Positions 10,212 through 20,615 of a stretch of 64,000 nucleotides of DNA are shown piece after piece; position 1 is the first letter of the stretch, and each line of letters starts with the position of its first letter. The notes under the pieces were generated by a model, which saw only the letters and a program-made list of their open reading frames with translations, made no database searches and was not told where the DNA came from. Both the position numbers and the translations under genes were made by a program. Origin of the DNA: Pseudomonadota bacterium (GTDB lineage: Bacteria > Pseudomonadota > Gammaproteobacteria > Thiotrichales > Thiotrichaceae). The stretch is taken from assembly GCA_046051185.1 (NCBI GenBank), contig JBJOOT010000002.1:252-64251 (forward strand). The letters are read 5' to 3'.

Positions 10212-11212
10212 TGCTCACTACCAGCTAATAAAGCACTGGTGAATTCATAGGCATCAAACTCTTGCAAATCGTCAATCGTTTCACCAACCCCAATAAAGCG
10301 CACGGGAATTTTCAGTTGTTCGGCTATCGCAAAGAGAATCCCGCCTTTAGCCGTACCATCAAGCTTGGTAACGGTAATTCCGGTAACACCTAACGCTTCA
10401 TTGAATTGCCGTGCTTGCACTAGAGCATTCTGACCGATACTCGCATCAACAATCAGCATGATTTCATGGGGGGCGCTATCATCGAGCTTTTGCATGACAC
10501 GTTTTACTTTTTTTAATTCTTCCATCAAATTGGTTTGAGTGTGTAAGCGCCCTGCGGTATCTGCAAGTAAGACATCAATGCCGCGTGCTTTGGCCGATTG
10601 CATGGCATCGAAAATCACGGAAGCTGAATCTGAGCCACTGCCTTGAGCAATCACAGGAATCCCATTGCGCTCCCCCCAAATAGTCAGTTGCTCCACGGCT
10701 GCTGCGCGGAAGGTATCGCCTGCTGCAAGCATGACTGATTTGCCTTGCTGCTGGAATTTCTTGGCAAGTTTACCAATCGTTGTGGTTTTACCTGCACCAT
10801 TAATGCCGACCATTAAAATGACAAACGGACGATGTTTAGTATCAATTGTTAAGGTTTGAGCGGCGGGACGAAGAATGCGATGCATCTTATTGTAAAGAGC
10901 TTGCATGAGTGCATCCATATCGTCTAATTCTTGACGGCTGACACGCTGGTTTAAGTCACTCATAATCGCTTGAGTGGCTTCCATGCCCACATCAGCCATT
11001 AGCAGGCGCGTTTCAAGCTCCTCAAGAACCTCATCGTCGATTTTCTTTTTGCCCTTAACGATGACATCCATGCCTGCGGTAATGGTATTACCGGTTTTGA
11101 ATAAGCCTTGGCGCAGGCGTTCAAATAGGCCGAGTTTTTTGGGCGGGTTCAGTACGGCATCTGGTGAGATGTCCTCTGCTTCCTGCTTTTTTTTCTTTCC
11201 GAATCCAAACAT
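10208..11212 (-). CDS. ftsY: SRP receptor FtsY; likely start at ATG 11212 (MFGFGKKK)
   Basis: GINGAGKTTTIGKLA, DTFRAAA, DTAGR, TKLDGTAKGG; the longer track ORF would overlap rsmD. Confidence 0.96.
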   Translation of the reverse strand: MFGFGKKKKQEAEDISPDAVLNPPKKLGLFERLRQGLFKTGNTITAGMDVIVKGKKKIDDEVLEELETRLLMADVGMEATQAIMSDLNQRVSRQELDDMDALMQALYNKMHRILRPAAQTLTIDTKHRPFVILMVGINGAGKTTTIGKLAKKFQQQGKSVMLAAGDTFRAAAVEQLTIWGERNGIPVIAQGSGSDSASVIFDAMQSAKARGIDVLLADTAGRLHTQTNLMEELKKVKRVMQKLDDSAPHEIMLIVDASIGQNALVQARQFNEALGVTGITVTKLDGTAKGGILFAIAEQLKIPVRFIGVGETIDDLQEFDAYEFTSALLAGSEQ

Positions 11213-11259
11213 CGTACAATCACCTGCACTAAAATTTTTATCTATGAGCACTCTGCTAA

Positions 11260-11871
11260 ATGCCCCGAATACTACCATCAGCTCGCCCAAATCGTAATAG
11301 TTCAAAGGTAAACAGAGTTCAAGCCAACCAATTACGTATTATAGGCGGACAATGGCGCAGTCGTCGCCTGCCTATTGCGGATGTAGTGGGTTTAAGACCA
11401 ACACCGGATCGAGTGCGCGAAACCTTATTCAATTGGTTGCAGCCAGTGATTGCGGGTGCGCGTTGCCTTGATTTATTTGCCGGTAGTGGGGCTTTAGGGT
11501 TTGAGGCCTTATCGCGTGAGGCGGCAGAAGTTATCTTTGTTGAACAAGACTCTCGCGCCTTCAAGCAATTGCAAGCTAATGCAGCGAGTTTAGGGGCAAA
11601 CCAAGCCGTATTGGTTCATGCGGATGCTTTTAGTTATTTACAGCGGGAAACCCTAGGTTTTGATGTGGTTTTTCTTGATCCGCCTTTCCGCAAGGCTCTG
11701 CCCGAACAAATACTCACGGCATTATTCACCCAACGTTTGCTCAAGCCAACAACTGTTATTTATTTAGAGCATGAACTTGATTATCAGCTTGATTTTAGTC
11801 AGTGGAACTTAACAGTTCACCGTCAAACTAAAGCGGGACAAGTCATGAGTTTTCTATTAAAAAGCGTATAA
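11260..11871 (+). CDS. rsmD: 16S rRNA m2G966 methyltransferase RsmD
   Basis: LRIIGGQWRSR, RPTPDRVRETLFNWL, DLFAGSGALG, DPPF; divergent from ftsY. Confidence 0.95.
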   Translation: MPRILPSARPNRNSSKVNRVQANQLRIIGGQWRSRRLPIADVVGLRPTPDRVRETLFNWLQPVIAGARCLDLFAGSGALGFEALSREAAEVIFVEQDSRAFKQLQANAASLGANQAVLVHADAFSYLQRETLGFDVVFLDPPFRKALPEQILTALFTQRLLKPTTVIYLEHELDYQLDFSQWNLTVHRQTKAGQVMSFLLKSV

Positions 11872-11979
11872 TCAAAAACTCATTAAAAAAATTAATGATC
11901 CCAGTTCAGTTGGGTTAATGCATAGGTGTATAAAATATTTAATTTAGTTGGTCAGTTAGTTGGTAGAGGAGAGAGATAA

Positions 11980-13146
11980 ATGGGCTTATGGTCTGAGCTT
12001 ACAGCTTGGCAATTGTTGGGTATTGCCTTGGGGTTAACCCATATTACTATTATTGCAGTAACAATTTTTCTGCATCGCTCGCAAACACATCGGGCAGTGG
12101 ATCTCGGTTTTATACCATTTCATTTTTTTCGCTTTTGGTTGTGGCTCACGACGGGAATGATTACCCGTGAATGGGTCGCGATTCATCGCAAGCATCATGC
12201 TAAGTGTGAAACAGAAGATGATCCTCACAGCCCGCATTTTAAAGGGATACAAACGGTATTATGGCGCGGTGCTTGGCTTTATCGCCGCGAATCACTTAAT
12301 CAAGAAACTTTAAAGCTCTATGGTCGTGGTACACCTGATGATTGGCTAGAGCGTAAGGTGTATGCACGTCTACCTTGGTTAGGAGTTGCCTGTATGTTGC
12401 TGATTGATATGGTTTTATTCGGTTGGGCGGGGCTTGCTATTTGGCTGGTGCAAATGTTATGGATACCCTTCTGGGCAGCAGGGGTGATTAATGGTTTAGC
12501 GCATTGGTGGGGGTATCGTAATTGGCAAACCGAAGATGCCTCTACTAATATTTCGCCCTTGGGAATTATTATTGGTGGTGAAGAGCTGCATAATAATCAT
12601 CATGCGTTTGCCGCTTCAGCGCGTCTGTCTAGTAAATGGTATGAATTTGATATTGGTTGGATGTATATCCGTTTACTCGAAATATTGGGCATGGCAAAGG
12701 TACGCAATATAGCACCACGCCTCACCGTGAATCCGGCTAAGCAAGTGGTGGATTTAGATACGGTGTCTGCTGTGTTAGGGAATCGAGTGCAGGTCTTGTC
12801 AAATTTTGCGCGTCAAGTCACTCAGCCTGTGATCAAAGCGGAACTGTGCCACGATAAACAACCCTGTCGCCAGCAACAACGTTTAATACAGCGTCTACTC
12901 AGCCAATCTAAACCACTCGATCAAGTCGCTAAAGCTAATTTGCAGCAGTTGGTGGCGGGTAATCAAGCTTTAGAAACCGTCTATCAGTTTCAGCAACGCT
13001 TATTGCAATTATGGGAGCGTACTGCTCAATCTCAGGAGGCACGCTTGGAAGCGGTGCAAGACTGGATCACGCATGCAGAAAAAACGGGTATCTTAGCCCT
13101 CGCGCAGTTTGCACAACGCTTGCGTGGGTATTCGATAGCTGCTTAA
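11980..13146 (+). CDS. desA: Membrane fatty acid (delta-9) desaturase, DesA type
   Basis: His boxes HRSQTH, HRKHH, HNNHH; GGEELHNNHH; helical C-terminal extension. Confidence 0.85.
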   Translation: MGLWSELTAWQLLGIALGLTHITIIAVTIFLHRSQTHRAVDLGFIPFHFFRFWLWLTTGMITREWVAIHRKHHAKCETEDDPHSPHFKGIQTVLWRGAWLYRRESLNQETLKLYGRGTPDDWLERKVYARLPWLGVACMLLIDMVLFGWAGLAIWLVQMLWIPFWAAGVINGLAHWWGYRNWQTEDASTNISPLGIIIGGEELHNNHHAFAASARLSSKWYEFDIGWMYIRLLEILGMAKVRNIAPRLTVNPAKQVVDLDTVSAVLGNRVQVLSNFARQVTQPVIKAELCHDKQPCRQQQRLIQRLLSQSKPLDQVAKANLQQLVAGNQALETVYQFQQRLLQLWERTAQSQEARLEAVQDWITHAEKTGILALAQFAQRLRGYSIAA

Positions 13147-13182
13147 GTTGTTTGAAGTGCTAATAACTAAATGATTAGCAAT

Positions 13183-13208
13183 AAAAAAACCGGATCTCAG
13201 ATCCGGTT
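13183..13208 (-). terminator. Intrinsic terminator of the Spy-like gene
   Basis: aaccggat-ctcag-atccggtt stem followed by a T-run on the minus strand. Confidence 0.75.
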
Positions 13209-13251
13209 GAGAAGGGTTCAATGCAAGCTAAGTAAATCTACCTAAATAGGC

Positions 13252-13698
13252 TTATTCTGCAGGTTTATCACCCCAGCCGCCATGACCACCATGTCCATGA
13301 CCACCGCGATGATGTCCACCACCATGACGACCTTCATGATCGCCCATACCAAAACCACCCCGTCCACCGCGCATCGTTTTCATTTTTTCAACTTGCTCAG
13401 GTGTGAGTACACCATTAACACGAGTTTCGGTTTCAGTCCGTAAGGCTTCGCGTTTAGCATGTTGCTCGGTCAAAATAGTTTTTAACTGTGCAGCTTGCTC
13501 ATCGGTTAACTTCAAGTTTTCTTTCATGTGGCTGATACGCTTATCAAGATGCTCTGCCATTTTGGCATCCCGTTGGGCTTGTGTGTCAGCGGTATTGGTT
13601 ACGGCAGTAGCAGGTACTGGGTCTTGAGCAAAGGCGCTAGTGGCAACCCCTAAACCTAAAGCACTGACTAAAGTTAACACTAAAATAGACTTCTTCAT
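13252..13698 (-). CDS. Periplasmic Spy/CpxP-family (LTxxQ) protein with Gly/His-rich tail
   Basis: Signal peptide ending SAFA; LTDEQ and LTPEQ motifs; downstream of BaeSR-like genes. Confidence 0.8.
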   Translation of the reverse strand: MKKSILVLTLVSALGLGVATSAFAQDPVPATAVTNTADTQAQRDAKMAEHLDKRISHMKENLKLTDEQAAQLKTILTEQHAKREALRTETETRVNGVLTPEQVEKMKTMRGGRGGFGMGDHEGRHGGGHHRGGHGHGGHGGWGDKPAE

Positions 13699-13840
13699 GT
13701 GTTATCTCCAAAAAATTTTTCTAAAATCCTGTACGTTTTAACTGGCTTAAGCGGTCTTCCCTAACCTAAGTTTGTTTTGTGTGGAGCTTGTCTTGCTTCC
13801 ATGTGAGCTAGAATACTCAGGAATTGCGGACTAAGTTTGA

Positions 13841-13870
13841 GTTAATCATGGAGAGATCTAGGAGATTATT
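13841..13870 (-). promoter_or_regulatory. Putative BaeR-type binding site upstream of the Spy-like gene
   Basis: Minus strand aatctcctaga-tctctccatgattaac: 11-bp-spaced TCTCC direct repeat resembling the E. coli BaeR box (TTTTTCTCCATDATTGGC as recalled). Confidence 0.5.
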
Positions 13871-13876
13871 CACAAG

Positions 13877-14566
13877 CTAAGGTTCAAATTTATAGCCCAC
13901 TGAATAAACGGAATGGATGAAATCACGCTCTGGATTAAGCGCATTAATCTTTTTACGGAGCTTTTTAATATGGCTGTCGATGGTACGGTCACTGACAATT
14001 CGATTATCTGGATAAACGCGCTCCATCAATTGTTGGCGACTGAAAATTCGCCCCGGATAGGATTGTAGCGTTTCTAATAATTCAAATTCGACGAGAGTCA
14101 ATATCACTTGTTGGTCTGCAAACTGCACACTTAAACGCTCTCGATCAAGCTGAATACCCGCAACCCCTAGAATCGTGACATGTGCAGCGAGTTGATTGGG
14201 TAAGCTAGTACGCCGTAACACAGCTTTAATACGAGCAATCACTTCACGTGGGCTAAAGGGTTTACAAATATAATCATCAGCCCCTAATTCTAAACCTAAT
14301 AAACGATCAATCTCCTCAGCCCGTGCGGTCAACATAATAATCGGTGGCTGTGGAGCGCGTTGCCGAAGCTCTTTGCAAATATCTAAGCCATCTTTGCCGG
14401 GTAGCATAAGATCAAGTAAGACTAATTCCACAGGGTTATTCAATAGCCAAGTACTAGCGGTATTACCATCGGCAATCCAATGAGTTTTATAGCCTGCCTT
14501 TTCGAGATATTTTTTTAAAAGCTCGGCGATTTTAGGTTCGTCTTCTACGATTAACACCGGAAACAT
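13877..14566 (-). CDS. baeR: OmpR-family response regulator, BaeR-like
   Basis: VEDEPKIA, LDLMLPG, GADDYICKPFSPRE, DRTIDSHIKKLRKK. Confidence 0.75.
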   Translation of the reverse strand: MFPVLIVEDEPKIAELLKKYLEKAGYKTHWIADGNTASTWLLNNPVELVLLDLMLPGKDGLDICKELRQRAPQPPIIMLTARAEEIDRLLGLELGADDYICKPFSPREVIARIKAVLRRTSLPNQLAAHVTILGVAGIQLDRERLSVQFADQQVILTLVEFELLETLQSYPGRIFSRQQLMERVYPDNRIVSDRTIDSHIKKLRKKINALNPERDFIHSVYSVGYKFEP

Positions 14567-14576
14567 GGCTTGAGTC

Positions 14577-16001
14577 TCAATTAATTTTTTTGTTTAAGAT
14601 CTTTAGCGGCAGTTTTACAGTGATTTGCAAGCCTCCTAAGGCTGAATGACTTGCTTGAATACTACCACCATGTGCTTCCACAATATTATGGCAGATGCTC
14701 AAGCCAATACCTGCTCCCCCAGTTAAGCGATTGCGTGAGCTTTCTACACGAAACAATCGCTCAAATAGGTGAGGGAGTGCCGAATCGGGGACGCTGGGGG
14801 CTGTGTCGGCAAAAATAATTTCAGCAAAATGGCCTTCTTTTTTAAATTCAATGTGTAAACTACCAGGAGTATCTGTGTAGCGTAGGCTATTTTTAAGCAA
14901 ATTATGAAATAATTGCTGCAAGCGTTGTTCATCAGCTTGTATCAAGGCGCTAGTTTTGGCGGGAATGAGATTTTTAAGTATTAGGCCGTGTTCTTGGAAG
15001 CTGTGTTCAAATTGATAAAGACTAGCAGTTAAGCTCGTGATTAAGTCTATTTCAGTTTTGTGATAACTTAAAGCGCCACTATCTGATAAGGATAAGGTAT
15101 ATAAATCTTCAACTAAGCGTTGTAGATGCAAAGTTTCTTGATGCAAGGAATGTATCGTGTATTCATCAGCTTGATTAATACCATCTTGAATCGCTTCAAT
15201 TTCACCACGCAAAATTGAAAGCGGAGTACGCAATTCATGGGCAATATCTTGAATCCATTGGCGGCGAGCTTGTTCTGTTTGTTGTAGGCGTTCAGCTAAT
15301 TGGTTGAAATCTGTACTCAGTTGCCCTAACTCATCCCGTCCTAATTCTGCAATCCGTATTGCATAATTACCATCAGCTAATTCACTGGTGCTATGCCGCA
15401 AGCGTTGAATTGGGCGCACTAATTGACGCGCAAGCAGAAAGGCGACTAATAGGCTGCCTAATAAAGTCATGAGTGCAATGATTAATAAAGTTTTATTTTG
15501 TTTTTCTAAGAATTTAGCATCTTCACTACTTTCACTAAAACCGGTGCGTTGATATAAGCCTAAGTAGCCAACAATCTGTTCCTGAAACTCTAATTGATAT
15601 TCAAGCTCAGGTGGGTCTTTTAGTTGAATGCCTTGCACAAGTTGATGCTGGGCATCTAATAATACTGTCCGCCGACGTACATCAAAGCGGGTCAGACGAT
15701 TAATCGAGGGGGCGGGCGGTAAATCATTACTTTCAGCTTCTGTTTGTTCCCGTAGTGGACGTTGCAATAAAAACCATTGGCGGCGATCTCTTTTTAGCTT
15801 ATCCCAAGTTTTGTGTTTGGCATAATAAGCAAGAACAGTGGTTTTAAGTTGCTGTAAATGTTCGTTTTCTTGCTGGCGAACAAACTCTAAATAGGTGGAT
15901 TTAAATTGAAAATGGACAAAGCTCAAGGCTGCCGCCACAGCAATTGAGCAAGCTAAAAAAATAACGATAAACAGTTTAGTCCGAATACTAAAGCTAAGCA
16001 T
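14577..16001 (-). CDS. baeS: HAMP-domain sensor histidine kinase, BaeS-like
   Basis: Two TM segments, HAMP, DIAHELRTPL, NSLRYTD, RVESSRNRLTGGAGIGL. Confidence 0.75.
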   Translation of the reverse strand: MLSFSIRTKLFIVIFLACSIAVAAALSFVHFQFKSTYLEFVRQQENEHLQQLKTTVLAYYAKHKTWDKLKRDRRQWFLLQRPLREQTEAESNDLPPAPSINRLTRFDVRRRTVLLDAQHQLVQGIQLKDPPELEYQLEFQEQIVGYLGLYQRTGFSESSEDAKFLEKQNKTLLIIALMTLLGSLLVAFLLARQLVRPIQRLRHSTSELADGNYAIRIAELGRDELGQLSTDFNQLAERLQQTEQARRQWIQDIAHELRTPLSILRGEIEAIQDGINQADEYTIHSLHQETLHLQRLVEDLYTLSLSDSGALSYHKTEIDLITSLTASLYQFEHSFQEHGLILKNLIPAKTSALIQADEQRLQQLFHNLLKNSLRYTDTPGSLHIEFKKEGHFAEIIFADTAPSVPDSALPHLFERLFRVESSRNRLTGGAGIGLSICHNIVEAHGGSIQASHSALGGLQITVKLPLKILNKKIN

Positions 16002-16036
16002 GAACTCAAGTTACTGAGTGTATGGAGTGGAGTCAA

Positions 16037-16882
16037 TCACTCTCCGTATTGAATTTCTAGCCAAATATGTCCATTTTTTCCAGAAGGTTTAACTGTCAGC
16101 ACTTGTATCGTCGAGCCTTCTGCAAGATAGTCGACATTCTCGGCAAGGTTGGTGCTACCGGTACTCATCTTTTGCCCCGGCGGAGCAGAGCGGACATTCG
16201 CCCCCCAAACTAATTGATAGCTTTGATTGGCCTCAGGCAAAGCCGTTGGGTTTATATTCAAACCCACTAAACTCCAAGCCCCATTTTGAAATTGCCCTGC
16301 ATAAATCCAACCCTGTTGTGTTTTTTCGATACTAGGTGTTGGGTTGTCATTAGTATCCGTGGTTTGCTGTAAGCCTTGTAGGGTTAAGGCAGCGGGGGCG
16401 GTCGTTCTCGGGAGCGGATTAGGGGTATTCGCCGCTAAACTGGCGAGAGGGAGAATTGCTTGAGGAATAATAGTGGCTTGTTCTAACTGCTGTTGGCTGT
16501 CTAATAAACTGGGGGCAAGATTTTTACTAGCAACAGGCTCAGAGGATGAAGCACTTTGCTCAGTATGCGCTTGAGTGGGGGGAGTCACTGTTTGCTGGGC
16601 AACTGCTAGATTTTGAGTCGGCGGGGCTTCAGGCGGTTGCAGTGTTGGCGATTGTGGCAGCAGCAAACTTGTATCAGCCCCTGAAACTTGCTGTGTGAAA
16701 GGTGCATGAGTAAGCTGCTCTGGGCTAGCAAAAAGCGAAGAGCGTGTTAAGAGCCAACTAAGAACCAAGCCACTTATTAATAAAGTCAGTAATAAAGTAA
16801 CGAGCAGCCAATTAGCGTGCTTTGAGCTTTCATACATCGCAGTCAAGCCATCCTTGCTGTAATTTGATTGAAAATTAATCAA
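16037..16882 (-). CDS. Hypothetical single-pass membrane protein, P/Q/T linker, small beta-rich C-terminal domain
   Basis: One TM helix, low-complexity linker, C-terminal GWIYAGQF...NVRSAPP...GHIWLEI; start uncertain. Confidence 0.6.
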   Translation of the reverse strand: MINFQSNYSKDGLTAMYESSKHANWLLVTLLLTLLISGLVLSWLLTRSSLFASPEQLTHAPFTQQVSGADTSLLLPQSPTLQPPEAPPTQNLAVAQQTVTPPTQAHTEQSASSSEPVASKNLAPSLLDSQQQLEQATIIPQAILPLASLAANTPNPLPRTTAPAALTLQGLQQTTDTNDNPTPSIEKTQQGWIYAGQFQNGAWSLVGLNINPTALPEANQSYQLVWGANVRSAPPGQKMSTGSTNLAENVDYLAEGSTIQVLTVKPSGKNGHIWLEIQYGE

Positions 16883-16965
16883 ATTAAAAATAGCACATCT
16901 TTCCTTGATATGCTGATAAATTAATTAGCTTATCGATTTAGGGGAATAATAAAAATAGGAACTAG

Positions 16966-18333
16966 TTACTCAAACCCTTGGGTGTAGACTTCGGGGGTGT
17001 AATTTTCAAAACGAGTGTATTTACCTAAGAAGGTCAGGCGACAAGTACCAATAGGGCCATTCCGTTGTTTGGCAATAATAATTTCGGCTGAGCCTTTTTC
17101 TGCCGAATCAGGATGATAAACCTCATCTCGGTACACAAACATAATCACATCCGCATCCTGCTCAATCGCACCGGATTCACGCAAATCCGACATGACAGGG
17201 CGCTTATTCGGACGTTGTTCAAGGCTACGGTTGAGCTGAGAAAGAACAATGATCGGTGTACTGAGTTCTTTGGCTAAAGCCTTGAGTGAGCGCGAAATTT
17301 CTGATACTTCATTGGTACGGTTTTCACTTTTACCACTACCTTGCATTAATTGCAGATAATCGAGCACGATAAGGCCTAATTGGCCATGTTCACGTACTAA
17401 ACGTCGTGAGCGAGCGCGGACTTCATTGGGTGAGAGTGCAGGGCTATCATCAATGAACATGGGTACATCTGCAAAAATTTTTACAGCGGTCGCAATTCGT
17501 GGCCAATCATCATCCGTGAGCTGACCAGTACGCAAACGATGCTGATCCACGCGCCCCATTGAGGATAATAGGCGAAGAGTCAATTGCTCCGCAGGCATCT
17601 CCATACTAAAGACTGCAACCGGTAGCTTTTTATGGGCGGCAGCGTATTCGGCAATATTCATCGAGAAGGTCGTTTTCCCCATTGAAGGACGACCCGCCAC
17701 AATAACTAAATCCCCTTTTTGTAGACCGGAGGTCATTTCATCTAGATCGGTATAACCGGTTGATACCCCTGTAATAGTGGAGTTCAGTTTACTGAGGACT
17801 TCAATATTCTCTAAAGTGGCTTTCATGAGCGATTTCAGATCACGAAAAGATTTGGTATGACGTGCACCTTGCTCAGCGATTTCAAACACTTTACGCTCGG
17901 CTTGATCAAGTAGCTCACGACTATCGCGACCTTCGGTGTTATAGCCAGAATCCGTGATTTCAGTCCCTACGCTAATTAATTGCCGCAAAATAGATTTTTC
18001 GCGCACAATATCCGCATAAGCCGCGATATTGGCTGCACTAGGCGTATCCTTCGCCATCGTTGCTAAATAAGCTAAGCCTCCGGCATCTTCTAACGAACGA
18101 TTTTCCTTAAGCCATTCACTTAAAGTGATTACATCCAACGGTTTTTGCTGGCTGGCTAAATAAGCGATAGCACGGAAGATTAGTCGGTGATCTTGCCGAT
18201 AAAAATCGGTCTCGGATAGTTTGTCGCCAATCACCATCCAAGCTTCATTATCCAGCATAAGGCCACCTAACACAGATTGCTCTGCTTCGATGGAGTGTGG
18301 AGGTATTTTTAGGGATTCGTATGTGTCTGCCAT
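16966..18333 (-). CDS. dnaB: Replicative DNA helicase DnaB; likely start MADTYESLK at 18333
   Basis: PPHSIEAEQSVLGG, GRPSMGKT, DYLQLM, DLRESGAIEQDAD, KQRNGP. Confidence 0.97.
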   Translation of the reverse strand: MADTYESLKIPPHSIEAEQSVLGGLMLDNEAWMVIGDKLSETDFYRQDHRLIFRAIAYLASQQKPLDVITLSEWLKENRSLEDAGGLAYLATMAKDTPSAANIAAYADIVREKSILRQLISVGTEITDSGYNTEGRDSRELLDQAERKVFEIAEQGARHTKSFRDLKSLMKATLENIEVLSKLNSTITGVSTGYTDLDEMTSGLQKGDLVIVAGRPSMGKTTFSMNIAEYAAAHKKLPVAVFSMEMPAEQLTLRLLSSMGRVDQHRLRTGQLTDDDWPRIATAVKIFADVPMFIDDSPALSPNEVRARSRRLVREHGQLGLIVLDYLQLMQGSGKSENRTNEVSEISRSLKALAKELSTPIIVLSQLNRSLEQRPNKRPVMSDLRESGAIEQDADVIMFVYRDEVYHPDSAEKGSAEIIIAKQRNGPIGTCRLTFLGKYTRFENYTPEVYTQGFE

Positions 18334-18387
18334 AACCAGCAGTTTACAGGAAGTCAGAGGAAAAGAGCGGCGGCTCACTTAGAAAAT

Positions 18388-18417
18388 TCATCAGGCAGTC
18401 ATGAAACCACCTGATGA
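18388..18417 (-). terminator. Hairpin after rplI, possible terminator
   Basis: tcatcagg...cctgatga inverted repeat followed by attttct on the minus strand. Confidence 0.5.
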
Positions 18418-18434
18418 TTTAAGTAAACGACTGA

Positions 18435-18890
18435 TTAATTAGCCGTTTCTTCTTCAATAATCACTTTAACTACCGCGTCAACATCGGTGTGTAAATGGAC
18501 ACCCACTTCATATTCACCCAATAAGCGCAAAGGCCCTGCAGGCATACGAATTTCGCGGCGTTCAACTTGAATACCTGCAGCATTAATGGCTTCAGCAATC
18601 TCAATACTAGAGACTGAGCCGAATAATTTGCCTTCGCCACCAGTTTTCGCTTTGATCGTTAACACTAATTCTTGCAGTTGATCACGACGTGCTTCCGCCG
18701 CTGCATGAGCATCTTGTGCGGCTTTTTCTAACTCAGCGCGACGTTGTTCAAATTCAGCAACATTGGCTTTAGTAGCCATTTTGGCGCGGCCGGTCGGAAT
18801 CAGATAATTACGACCATAGCCTGGACGTACATTAACAACAGTTCCGAGTGCGCCGAGATTTTCAACTTTCTTTAGAAGTATGACTTCCAT
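18435..18890 (-). CDS. rplI: 50S ribosomal protein L9
   Basis: MEVILLKKVENLG, GYGRNYLIP, GKLFGSV. Confidence 0.97.
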   Translation of the reverse strand: MEVILLKKVENLGALGTVVNVRPGYGRNYLIPTGRAKMATKANVAEFEQRRAELEKAAQDAHAAAEARRDQLQELVLTIKAKTGGEGKLFGSVSSIEIAEAINAAGIQVERREIRMPAGPLRLLGEYEVGVHLHTDVDAVVKVIIEEETAN

Positions 18891-18952
18891 TGTTCTCACC
18901 TTAAATTAAACTCAGGCTAAGCCTGAACAATCCATAAATACTTTAGGTTTTA

Positions 18953-19843
18953 CTAGTTAGCTCTGCGTGCTAAATAAGCACGAAAATCAGCAAAAGTATC
19001 AACCATACCAACTACAGCGACTAATAAGCTCGTCTGCACGGGTAAAAACGCCAAAGGCAGATACAAGGCTAATAACCAAGCACGATGCGCCTTAAGCTGC
19101 GCCCGCACACTATGTATCAACGCAATGCCTTGGAATAAAAACATTCCAAGCCCGACTAGAATCAGATCAATCAACCAAGCAGAATGGTTAAAAAGAGCTA
19201 AGATAATCAGAGCGCTTAGGCCTAGAGCTGCAAATTTATGCAAGCGTAAGCCATACATTTCCTCCTTGAAACCGCCCGGATTATACAAAACTGCTTGCCA
19301 ATGACGTGCGAGCATCAGTGATAGTGTCATCACTAAGCCCATCGAGGCGGCAAATAGCCCTGTCATTTGCTTGGCGACTTGATTCAGTAAATCATCTAAG
19401 TTCACATCGACTAGGCTAGCTTGCAGTTGATCCCAATCCACTAAGGCTTGTAGGGCGTTTTTCCAGAAGCTGACCGGATCAGCCACGCTTAAATGAAATA
19501 ACACTACAAGTACGGCTGCTAGACCAAAAATAGCTTGGATTAAAGCAGCCCAAGAAGCAGATCTGGCTAAATAAAGTGCAAAGCCAACAATTAAAAGCGA
19601 TTGCACTAAGCTTGAAAACAAGCTGCCTAATACATTGCCTTGTAATAAAAGCGCAACTAAGCCTAAACCTAAGCTCACAACGGCTGCAATCATTGCTCCG
19701 CGTTGCCAGCCCATGCGTAAGGTGACTAAGCCTATTGCCGCATTACTCAGTAAACCTAAAAACGGCAGAAACATTGCGAGCATTGCAAACCCTAAGGCAA
19801 AGCCAATTGCTTGAAGTGGCCCTGACATAATGAAGGCAGCCAT
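18953..19843 (-). CDS. DUF2232/YybS-like membrane protein
   Basis: Multi-TM; ARHWQAVLYNPGGFKEE; conserved position between rpsR and rplI. Confidence 0.8.
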   Translation of the reverse strand: MAAFIMSGPLQAIGFALGFAMLAMFLPFLGLLSNAAIGLVTLRMGWQRGAMIAAVVSLGLGLVALLLQGNVLGSLFSSLVQSLLIVGFALYLARSASWAALIQAIFGLAAVLVVLFHLSVADPVSFWKNALQALVDWDQLQASLVDVNLDDLLNQVAKQMTGLFAASMGLVMTLSLMLARHWQAVLYNPGGFKEEMYGLRLHKFAALGLSALIILALFNHSAWLIDLILVGLGMFLFQGIALIHSVRAQLKAHRAWLLALYLPLAFLPVQTSLLVAVVGMVDTFADFRAYLARRAN

Positions 19844-19907
19844 TCATGTCTCCTGCTCTTAGTCAGTGGCTAAGCTAAGCGAGGCTCAGCACAGCCACTT
19901 GCTAAAA

Positions 19908-20135
19908 TTACTTGTGCTGATCGGTATAAGGCATCAGCGCTAAGAAACGGGCGCGTTTAATCGCAGTGGCTAATTGACGCTGATAAGGCGCTTTAGTGCC
20001 TGTGATTCGGCTAGGTACAATTTTGCCTGTTTCAGTGATAAAGCCTTTTAGGGTATCGAGGTCTTTATAATCGACTTCAGCAATCCCTTCGGCGGTGAAA
20101 CGGCAATATTTTTTACGGCGGAAAAAACGTGACAT
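19908..20135 (-). CDS. rpsR: 30S ribosomal protein S18
   Basis: [32 protein letters not shown]. Confidence 0.98.
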   Translation of the reverse strand: MSRFFRRKKYCRFTAEGIAEVDYKDLDTLKGFITETGKIVPSRITGTKAPYQRQLATAIKRARFLALMPYTDQHK

Positions 20136-20152
20136 AAGTATTATCCCTACAA

Positions 20153-20551
20153 TTATTCGTCGTCAGATTCATCAAGGTCAGCATCATCTATTTCCACTTC
20201 TTCACGACGTGGTGGACGCTTAGTTTTACCTTCATTTTCTTTGCTTAATGGCGACGCTTCAGTGATAGGGGCATCACGACGGATCGTCAAAGTACGGATA
20301 ATGGCATCATTGAAGCGGAAGATACTTTCCAATTCGTCGAGGGTTTTGCCATCACATTCAATATTCATCATCACATAATGAGCTTTGTGAATTTTATTGA
20401 TCGGATAAGCCAATTGACGACGGCCCCAATCTTCTAAACGATGAATACTACCGTGGTTTTCATTAATCAGCGTGCGATAACGCTCGATCATGGCTGGAAC
20501 TTGCTCGCTCTGATCCGGGTGGACGAGGAAGACAATTTCATAGTGACGCAT
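20153..20551 (-). CDS. rpsF: 30S ribosomal protein S6
   Basis: [37 protein letters not shown]. Confidence 0.98.
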   Translation of the reverse strand: MRHYEIVFLVHPDQSEQVPAMIERYRTLINENHGSIHRLEDWGRRQLAYPINKIHKAHYVMMNIECDGKTLDELESIFRFNDAIIRTLTIRRDAPITEASPLSKENEGKTKRPPRREEVEIDDADLDESDDE

Positions 20552-20615
20552 GCAGTCTCCTTGTGGATTAAACAGCCTCCTGCTAACAAAATCATGTGCA
20601 GTGAAGCAAGGATGC
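20552..20615 (-). promoter_or_regulatory. rpsF leader (S6:S18 autoregulatory RNA element)
   Basis: Minus strand ccttgcttc...caggaggctgtttaatccacaaggag-actgc-ATG resembles the gammaproteobacterial rpsF leader. Confidence 0.6.
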
